Source: an uncultured Verrucomicrobiota bacterium
GTDB taxonomy: Bacteria > Verrucomicrobiota > Kiritimatiellia > RZYC01 > CAZAYP01
Direction of reading: 5' to 3'
Length of the DNA stretch: 64,000 nucleotides
NCBI GenBank assembly: GCA_964489425.1
Contig: CAZAYP010000002.1
Location: 82,725 to 146,724, forward strand
Under the pieces are notes generated by a model. The model searched no databases, had not been told where the DNA came from, and saw only the letters and a program-made list of their open reading frames with translations. Shown here one piece after another: positions 36,413 to 45,500 of this stretch. Position 1 is the first letter of the stretch. Every line of letters begins with the position of its first letter. Made by a program: the position numbers and the translations under genes.

Positions 36413-37486
36413 ATGAAAAAAACGTGGCGGCAGGGCAGCGGCTGGGCGGCGGGCCTGGTCTTGGGACTGGGGTTGGCGGGGCTGGCGCAGGCCGGCGGCG
36501 TACCCCTGCTGATGAACTACCAGGGCACGCTGGCCGATGCCGCGGGCAAAGCCCTCGCCAACCAGAACCTGACCGCAAATTTCAGGATCTACGATGCGGC
36601 CAAGGGGGGCGTCATGCTCTGGGGGACGCGCCAGTTGGTGACCACGGATACCAACGGGATCTTCAACGTCACGTTGGGTGGCGGCGGAGCCAACGTGCCC
36701 GGGGCCAGCAACCAGGTGCAGTCGCTGCAGGGCGTGTTTGCGGGCGATGGTTCGGACAGCCGGTGGTTCGAGGTGGAAGTGGAGTACAGCCGGACCGCGG
36801 CCATGGCGCCGCGCCAGCGGTTCCTGGCGTCGCCGTACGCGTACCAGGCCGGCAACGCGACCGGGTCGCAAGGTGATTTCAACGTGGGCGACGTGTTGAT
36901 GGTGAAATCCAACGCCACGTTCCAGCGCACGCTGCTGATCACCAACAGCACCCGGGAATCGCTCGTGTTCCATGGCAGCCTGGCCAGCAGCAGCAGCCTG
37001 AGCGTGAGCCAGAAGATGGACGTGGCGGCCAGCCAGATGGACGTGAACGGCAACCTGGGCGTGGCCGGCAACGCGGTGTTCACCAATCCCGTGGCGCTGA
37101 TGAACGGCGTCACGTTCAACGGGCCGGCGGCGTTTCACAACGGCGTGTCGCTGCGCGGCAACACCCAGGTGTTCGGCCCGTGGCGCCTGCTGTCCACCTG
37201 GGGCACCGGCAGCGGATCGCATTCGGACCACGGCACGATCACGACCAACAGCCTGCTCGTGCTGCAATACCATACGGAGGCCGCCCACGACGGCGACATG
37301 ACGATCACGTTCACCGTGGACGGCAAGACCAACTTCTATTTCAAGGCCGACTGGAACACGGGATACACGGATGACTTGCGGTACCGTGACCAGACCATGT
37401 TCACCGTGCCCGCCAACTCATCCTGGGCCATTTCCACCGGCGACGGCAACATCGGGTATTCCGTGTATGTCCGCTCGCTGCCCTAA
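36413..37486 (+). CDS. Secreted protein, paralog 1 of a tandem triplet with a tail-fibre-like N-terminal motif
   Basis: Signal MKKTWRQGSGWAAGLVLGLGLAGLAQA. Motif LLMNYQGTLADAAGKALANQNLTANFRIYDAAKGGVMLWGTRQLVTTDTNGIFNVTLGGG...PRQRFLASPYAYQAGNA, shared with the next two genes. Confidence 0.8.
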   Translation: MKKTWRQGSGWAAGLVLGLGLAGLAQAGGVPLLMNYQGTLADAAGKALANQNLTANFRIYDAAKGGVMLWGTRQLVTTDTNGIFNVTLGGGGANVPGASNQVQSLQGVFAGDGSDSRWFEVEVEYSRTAAMAPRQRFLASPYAYQAGNATGSQGDFNVGDVLMVKSNATFQRTLLITNSTRESLVFHGSLASSSSLSVSQKMDVAASQMDVNGNLGVAGNAVFTNPVALMNGVTFNGPAAFHNGVSLRGNTQVFGPWRLLSTWGTGSGSHSDHGTITTNSLLVLQYHTEAAHDGDMTITFTVDGKTNFYFKADWNTGYTDDLRYRDQTMFTVPANSSWAISTGDGNIGYSVYVRSLP

Positions 37487-37510
37487 CGATCAAGATCCGA
37501 GGAGCGCAAC

Positions 37511-38482
37511 ATGACAAGACAGCAAATGGCGACGTGGTTGGCGGTGGTGGCCCTGCCGTGGGCGGCGGGGTGGGGCGCGGCGCAGGTGCCGGCCGAGATG
37601 TACATGCAGGGGCAGTTCCTCAAGACCAACGGAACCACCCCGGATACGGGCGCGCATGCGCTCACGGCAACGATCTACAAGAACGGCGCGTCGGCGCTGG
37701 CCAAGACCTTCACCGTGACCGCGGGCGTGGACGGTGTGGCCGGGTTCAGCATTGCGGATGGCGCGCTGCCGGCGATATTCCAGGGCAGCACCAACACGGC
37801 GTTCCAGCTGACCGGGGGGACGCGCCAGCCGTATGTCACCACGCCGTATGCCTTCGCGGCCGCCAACCTGCCCAAGGCGTCCGGCAACTTCACGGTATGG
37901 GGCAACCTCACGGTGAGCAGCAACGCCGAACTGAACGCGCTGACCGCGGAGAACGGGGGAACGGTCAGCGGGCCGCTGATGGTTCGCGGGTCCGCCCTGT
38001 TCACCAACATGGCCCAGGTCACCTTCAACAACAACATGAATGTGTCCGGCGGCATGGTGGCCCAGGGCCCGGTACAATCTTTATACAATGCGCAGTTCAC
38101 CAGTGCGGCCACCTCCCATTTTTATGCGGCCACCAACGATATCTGCCTCAGCAATACCACGATCCACACGACGTTCGGGGTCATCACGCAGGCGGTGCAG
38201 GGCGTGGGCAACAGCGGCACGGCCACCGAGGATGGGTTCCTCATGGTCTGGCTGAAAGTTACCACCCACGGCGCGGACGGAGTTTACGTGACCATCGATG
38301 GGCTCCAGTTCAAGATCCGGCACTACCTCAACTCCAATGCCGGCACCCAGGATCTTTCGATATACAACGGGTACACCTACCCGGTTGCGGCTGGGTCTAC
38401 CTGGAGCGTGGCGCTGGTCTCCCAGGGAGATTCGGGAATCAACATAACATGTTACTGGATGCCGCTGCGGGGTGGCGGATGA
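37511..38482 (+). CDS. Secreted protein, paralog 2 of the triplet
   Basis: CCGAGGAGCG ribosome-binding site; signal MTRQQMATWLAVVALPWAAGWGAAQ; motif EMYMQGQFLKTNGTTPDTGAHALTATIYKNG...RQPYVTTPYAFAAANL. Confidence 0.8.
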   Translation: MTRQQMATWLAVVALPWAAGWGAAQVPAEMYMQGQFLKTNGTTPDTGAHALTATIYKNGASALAKTFTVTAGVDGVAGFSIADGALPAIFQGSTNTAFQLTGGTRQPYVTTPYAFAAANLPKASGNFTVWGNLTVSSNAELNALTAENGGTVSGPLMVRGSALFTNMAQVTFNNNMNVSGGMVAQGPVQSLYNAQFTSAATSHFYAATNDICLSNTTIHTTFGVITQAVQGVGNSGTATEDGFLMVWLKVTTHGADGVYVTIDGLQFKIRHYLNSNAGTQDLSIYNGYTYPVAAGSTWSVALVSQGDSGINITCYWMPLRGGG

Positions 38483-38505
38483 AAACCCGGAAACGAGGTG
38501 CGAAG

Positions 38506-39582
38506 ATGAACCGAATACTTTGGGCCGCGGCCTTGGGATGCCTGGGGCTTGCCGCGCATGGCCAGTACGTTCCAGACCAGATGAATTACCAGGCGATCCT
38601 GACGGACTACCGGGGCCAGGCGGTGACGAGCGTCATTTGCCAGGTCAAGTTCCGGTTGTACGATGAGGCCCAGGGCGGCAACCTGATATGGGGCGAGACC
38701 CTGGCGGTCACGACGACGGTGCGCGGCCTGTTCAGCGTGGTCCTGGGCACGGGCGCCGGCTTGGGCGAACCGACCGAGGCTACCAACCTGCGCGCCGCCT
38801 TCGCCTCCGGAACGCTGGTCGAGCAGCGGTATCTGGAGTTGCAGCCGTACACCCCGGAAGGCACCTTGCAGTCGCCCATCGCGCCCCGGCAACGGTTCCT
38901 GACCGCGCCGTACGTGTTCCAGGCCAACGATGCCCAGGAGGCGCTGGGCAGTTTCCAGGTGCGCGGGGCGCTCTACTCGCGCAATGCCGGCACGGACGTG
39001 AGCCGGCTGATCATGACCAACGCGGGTAGCTCCATCACGACGTTCGGCGACATGGTGATGGATGGGTCGCAGAAGACCGGCACGGCCGTTAACGCGAGTT
39101 TCAGCAGCACCACGGCGGTGCACTCGGCGGATGTGGATGCGTTGCGGGTGCATGGCAACCTGGCCGTGAGCCAGACCATGACCGTGGGCGGCACGGCGCT
39201 GTTTTACCAGGCGGTGTCCGCGGCGGACCCGGTTTTCCAAAAGGGCATGCGGGTGCAAGGGGTGCGCGCCCTGGGCAAGTACCAGAAGATCGCCAGCAGC
39301 ACGAACCGCCTGCCCTCGCGCGTGGCGCCGGGCGATGGGTTTGCGTTGATCTATTATAAAACGGATGGTTGGGATAGCTGCGAGTTGTCCGTTTCCAATC
39401 GCAGCATCGGATTTTCCTTGAAACACAAAGTGGATTGCGGCGCCTGCACCACGCACACGCTGCAATTCTATACGACTGGCCTTTACCCGATCGCCAAGGG
39501 CGACACCTGGTCCGTGCAGTTGCAGGACGGCGGGTCCAGCCATTCGTTGTTCGACGTCTATTGGATCCCGTACGGGTATTGA
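38506..39582 (+). CDS. Secreted protein, paralog 3 of the triplet
   Basis: GAGGTG ribosome-binding site, then ATG at 38506; signal MNRILWAAALGCLGLAAHG; motif QMNYQAILTDYRGQAVTSVICQVKFRLYDEAQGGNLIWGETLAVTTTVRGLFSVVLGTGAG...PRQRFLTAPYVFQANDA. The track shows it only as part of a 682-aa mis-framed ORF. Confidence 0.8.
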   Translation: MNRILWAAALGCLGLAAHGQYVPDQMNYQAILTDYRGQAVTSVICQVKFRLYDEAQGGNLIWGETLAVTTTVRGLFSVVLGTGAGLGEPTEATNLRAAFASGTLVEQRYLELQPYTPEGTLQSPIAPRQRFLTAPYVFQANDAQEALGSFQVRGALYSRNAGTDVSRLIMTNAGSSITTFGDMVMDGSQKTGTAVNASFSSTTAVHSADVDALRVHGNLAVSQTMTVGGTALFYQAVSAADPVFQKGMRVQGVRALGKYQKIASSTNRLPSRVAPGDGFALIYYKTDGWDSCELSVSNRSIGFSLKHKVDCGACTTHTLQFYTTGLYPIAKGDTWSVQLQDGGSSHSLFDVYWIPYGY

Positions 39583-39593
39583 AGGGAGCGTAT

Positions 39594-42500
39594 ATGAACA
39601 GCCTCTATGCCAGGAGGATGCGGTGGAGCCGGGCCTTGGCCCTGGCCGTGACCGGGGTGCTGGCCACCTCTGCGTTGCAGGCCCAGACCGTGGCTGGCAG
39701 TTACTCGGTCCGCCTGCCCACGGTGCTGCCGTTTACCAACGGCAACCCGAACATGACTTCCGTGCCCATTCTCAGCGGCGGCAACACCGGCGGGGTGAAA
39801 GCGACCAATAACCTGGGCGCAGTCAGCCTGCAGTTGCCGCAATCCGCGTTTGGCCAGAACCTGGAGCACCTCGAGCCGGACGCATACCTTGGCCAGATCC
39901 TGCAGCCGCCCGTGTCCTCCAATGGCGTGGGCGTGAACTGGGCGCTCATGACCAACAGTGCATTTATCAATCCGACCGGCAACGCGTTCTTCGAGCCCTC
40001 CATGGGCGTGATGTATGCGGCGGTCGGCGGCGAGGTGGAAATCCAGTGGCGATTCCTTGACGGGTCCACCCAGGCCACGACCTACGTGGTGGAATCGGCG
40101 CCGGCCGGCCGGCCCTATCGCGTGTACTGGACCGATCCGCCCTACAATGCCCCCAAGGTGACCTTCAGCGATACCGTGTTCATCAAGTTCCATTACAACA
40201 CCCAGGTCTCCGCACCGGTCTACGTGCAGACCACGAATAACGGCGTGGTGAACAGCAACGTGGTGAAAGGCCTCTACATCGACTCGGCCAACAGCGTCAA
40301 TGCCGTGGGCGGCATGCAGGGCATGATTGTCGCGCAATACTTCAAGACCGGGATGTACGATGAGCAGGTCAGCCCGGAGGCGGTGATTGTCATCGAGGTC
40401 ATGCCCCCGGACATCCAGACGCTGGACGCCCACCTGGGCACGCGCATCCTCCCGCAGGGCGGCTGGGCTGAGGTCGATGAGCTGACGCCCCTGGTCACCG
40501 CCGGCCTGGATCCCGAAGCGCCTTACCTGTACCAGCATTCGTCCGCGGACGGGTCGGCGATTCCCAAGCTGGACTGGCTGTTCCCCGTCCATGGGTCCCG
40601 GGCCGATCCCTGGAACATCGAAATCTATTGGGAAGTGCCGGACCTGATGGGCACCCCCTGGTTTTACGAGGTGGATTGGTATGCGGCCGACTGGCCGCGC
40701 TATTGTTTCCCCTTTGTGCGCGGCGAACCCGATAATCCCGGCGTGCCGTTGTATTTCCCCACAAACCTGACGCCCTCCCTGGAGGCTTACCAGGACCCGG
40801 CCAGCGGCTGCGCCCAAATGCAGGACGCCCAGACCCTCGTGACCATCACCAACGCGGGTCGCTGCCTGGTCCAACTCACCTCGGCGGACGACAACATCTG
40901 GTACCTGCCGTTGCAACTCGTGGGGCGGGCGTCCAAAGGCAGCGACCTCCTGCCGCTGGATTGGTCCATAGGCCGCGAGATTCAGCCGGTGCCTACGGCG
41001 CGTTCGATCCTGTTCGAGGGGGACAGCACGGCCCGCACCACGCTGGAGGCCATGACCCTGGGCAGCAATTTCACGCTTGAATGCTGGGTCTATGCCGCCA
41101 ACCTGGACATCCAGAGCAACGCCCAGTTGTGCGTGTTTGACAAAAACCGGCAGGGCGCCGTTGCGTGGAGCAACGAGGTTACCCTGGCCATCCAGACCGG
41201 CGCCAGTGCGGCGCCGGGCACCGTGGTGGCCACCATGGGTTCCGGCAAGGCCAACCCGGCCACCCTGGCCACGCTGACCAGCACCAACCGCCTGAGCTCG
41301 ATGGAGTGGACCCACCTGGCCCTGACGCTGCAGGGGCAGAAGCTGACCATTTACCTTAATGGCGCCAGCGGCGGCCAGGTGCTGCTGGGGACCAACGGGG
41401 TGCGGCAGACCGCGCGGGAGCCCATCTACATCGGGGCCCCGGCCACCACCAACACGGCGCCGTTTGTCGGCATGGTGGACAATATCCGGGTGTGGAATGC
41501 CGCGTTGACCGCGGAGGACATCAATAACTCGATGCTGGGTAATTACCTGGGGATCCCGGTCAGCACCCTGACCAACATGGGCTTGATCGCCTATCTGCCG
41601 GTGGACGATGACGACACGTTGTTGCGGCTGTATGACCTGACCGGCCGGCATACGGCCACGGTCCAGAATTGCATGATGCCGTATGTCGGCGCCGTGGGCA
41701 AGACGTTCGAGCGGAACTATTCGGCCATGCATGGCTACGTGTACCCGCCCTACGGCGTAGACTACAACACCAACTTCTACACCGAACCATCGGAAGCCGA
41801 TCCCAATGCGGTCAACGCGATTTTTGCCGTCAACACCAATAATGGCCTGGAAATTTGGTGGTACCAGGCGTTCCAGGAGCCGGCCATGCCGTCCCCGGTG
41901 TACCTCCCCAACTGGGTGCAGCGGTTCGCGAACCATTGGCCCGGGGCCACGGCCAGCCCCCAGATCATTCTCGCCAGCGGCGCCGGTAGCGCGGCGGGCG
42001 GCATCTATGACCAGGGGTTCTACATGGCCATGGATACCAATGACTCGGCCGGCGTGGCCATTCTGCACAAGGGCGAATATTTCACCGGCCCGTTCTCGGT
42101 GGGCGTCTGGGTTTACGCGCGTTACCTGCCGCCGGCCGGGAAGAAGGAAGTGATCTGCTCGTTCGGCAACCCGCTCACGGCCACGTCGGAAGTTGACCGG
42201 GTGGCCTTGAGCATCCGTTCCGACGCCCAGTTGGAACTGGCTACGGATACCGGGGGTGCCGTCACGACGCTGGCCGGCGGTATCTTCGCGACGGGCCGCT
42301 GGGTCTACGTCATGGCCATGGTGGATCCGGGCAATGCCCAGTTGTTCCTGGACAACCAACTCCAGGCAACCAGTGCCAGCCTGCTGATGCCGGAGAACGT
42401 GACGCGCACCAACTGCCTGATCGCCTGGTCGGAAACATTGGGCGTGGCGAAGTTCTGGGGCGGCATCGATGAACTGCGCATCTGGTCCACAACCTTGGAC

Positions 42501-45500
42501 GATCAGGAGCGGCAGGCCGCCATGTACAACGTGGCGAACGGGATGAACACGCTGGAACTGACGACCTATATCCCGTTCACCCCGATCAAGGGTCATCTGG
42601 TCCAGGATCTGGTAACCGGGTACAAAGGCCTCATGTTGTATGCCACGTTTGCCGAACCCGGCGCGCCGGCCCTGGGCTCGCGCAAGTACACGCCGCAGGA
42701 GCATGCCGGGATCTATTATCAGAACGATAACACGCTTCCGGGCTTCAACCCCAACGAGGAACACGCCCTGCTGAATCGCGAGGGCGGTTACGACGTGGCC
42801 TATGCATTCCGCAACGACCTCAACCCCGTGTTCGGCGAGTCAGAGCCGTTTGTGCTTGTAAACTACATCGACCAGCTCACCGGGTTGCCGGCCATGGACG
42901 TGCTGCACGTCGCGCGGACCAACGAGATGTACCCGACGTTCGTGGATGCCACCCTCGCCGCGCAGCAGCTCGCCGGCCCGCATCCGCTGGACCTGGTGCC
43001 GTCGCACTGGACCGGCGCCGACATCCACGAGACCGGCCCGGCCTGGCAGTCCAAGCGGACGAAGGCGTGGTACGCCGTGGCTGGCGGCTCCTCGGCCACG
43101 GCCACCGCCAAGGTCGTCATGCGCAACTACTACCCGCAACAACCCGGGTACTGGTTCCCGGGGCTGTCCGCCGGCCTGCAGCCGGCACTTAACACCCCCA
43201 TCCCGTGGCTGCCCACCCTGTCGGCCTCCGATTACACCAAGTCCGACTACCCGACCAGCGGCCTGCCGCAGCAGGTGAGTTGGACCATCTCCTGGCCGGA
43301 TAACATTCCGACCCTGGCCGTGGGTGATACCCTGACCGTGGCGCGCGACGGGCTGCCTGACATCTGGGACCAGTTGAGCGTCGACATCGCGTACCAGCAG
43401 TCGACAACCAATCCCGCCATGCAGGATCGCATCAGCGTGTTCCTGTTCGATCCGTTGTGCCCGCGCGGCGCCACCTTGCCGCGGGAACTGGCCGAGTACG
43501 GGTTCGTGGTCGGCGGCCCCAACCCCACGATCTACATGCGCCAGGGCCGGTACTATTTCAACAACCTGCCGCCGGATTTGAGCGGCCGGTTTTTCTTTGA
43601 TCCCATGCTCAACCAGAGCAACCTGGTGCTGGTGGGCGAATACAACCAGCCCGTGGCCGGCCAGGGTTACTTGCTGGTCAACGAACTCACCGATGACCAG
43701 CGGGCCATCCTGATCGGCCTGGCGCCCTCCAACAACGAATACATCGCCGAATGGACCCAGGCCGTCGGGTTGCTGGCCAATGATGCGGTGGAAGTGCTGC
43801 CCAACCAGCCGTTCACCGGTATTGCCCTGAACGCGCCGGGCATGGGCGCAGGTTACGTGACGCTGGCCTTCAACGCCGCCACCAACCCGTTGCTGGGCGT
43901 GGGCCCGGGCAGCCCGGTCAACATGACGACCCTGCTGGTAGTCACCAACCTGGCCACGGGCGCGGTGATTCCGCTGGAAGATGAATACAACCTGCTGTCG
44001 GAGCAGATGAACATGCTGTTCAACCTCGATTTCGCCGGCGAGCCCGGCAACTTCGAGTTTGAGTGGCGCTGGAGCGAGCCTAACGCCAACGGCACCACGC
44101 CCACGGATCCCCTGACCTGCGATGTGTTCACCAATGGCCTGGGCATCAACAACCTGGTGCTCAACGGCCAGTCGCCCGAGGACCTGCTCAACCGGTTCTT
44201 TGCCGTGCGGTACCGGGCCGTGACCGGGGTGGTGGCCAGCGTGACCGGCACCAACTGGAGCGACTTCACCAGTTTTGCCCTGGCGGAAGGTTGGGTGCAG
44301 CGGATTCTGAACGCGTTGACGCCGTTCGAACAGCGCATGCGCGATCTATACAACAACGCCGTGGAAACGCAGGTCAGCATGATCATCGCCGCCGGCGCGC
44401 CGTACGAGGGGCCGATTGCCTTGAACCAGGACAATGTCAACAATGTCGGGCTGATCCAGATGTACCAGACGGTACTAAACCGGGCGCGCGCGGTCATGGA
44501 TGAGGCCGAACTGCACGATGCCAACGCCAACCAGCAACTGCTGCTGGCCGCCTCGCGCCTCAACGATCTGTACATGCTGCTGGGCAACGAGGCCTATGCC
44601 GATGCCATGGATCCCACCATCGGGTTCGGGTCGACCCTGACGCTGAACAACTCGGCGCCCATGCCGCTGGATTACGGCGCCTTGGCGTCCAGCCTGTTCT
44701 GCTTCGACAACCAGGTGGCGTCGCTGCTCGAGGAAGAATTGGCCCTGCTGCGGGGGCGTGGCAACGCCATCCTGGCTCCGGGCATGGGGCTGACGCCGGT
44801 CTACAACCGCCTGTTCTGGAACTACACCAAGGGCATCACCGCCGGCGAGGTGGCGTATTCCGTTAACTATGACATCAACGGCCACACCAACGTGATCATC
44901 GATGCCGAGACCGCGGCCGTGCGGTTCCCCCAGGGCCATGGGGACGCCTGGGGTTACTACCTCGACGCCCTCACGGTGTACTATAACCTGCTGAAGCTGC
45001 CGTGGTTTGATTGGGGGCTGCCCTCCATTTCCCCGATGCTGATGAACAATGTCACCATCGACGCGGATTACTTCGACGAGAAGAAGTTTGCCGAGGCTGG
45101 CGCGGCGTTGGCGCGTACCGGCGCTGAACTGATCGACCGCACCTATCGGCAGGGCTACACCGAGTCCCAGCAAAGCCTGTTCCCCGCGTACGAGGACGCC
45201 GACACCAACCGCGCCTGGGGCGTGGGCGAGTGGGGCACCCGGGTCGGGGTGGGCGCCTTGTGCAACTGGATGGTCGGCAACTCGCTGCTGCCGCTGCCGT
45301 CGTCGTGGCTCACCAATAGCACCTCGCTGGGCATGGCGGGCGCCGGGTACGCCCAGTGCGCCGCGGGCAACTATTTTGCCGGGGATTTCACCGTTGAAAT
45401 GTGGCTCTGGCTGCGCGGCCAGAACTTGGATCGGTCCATGGCCCTGCTGGACTTTAACGGGGCGGATGCGGCCAGCCGCGTGGCGTTGTACCTGGCGCCC

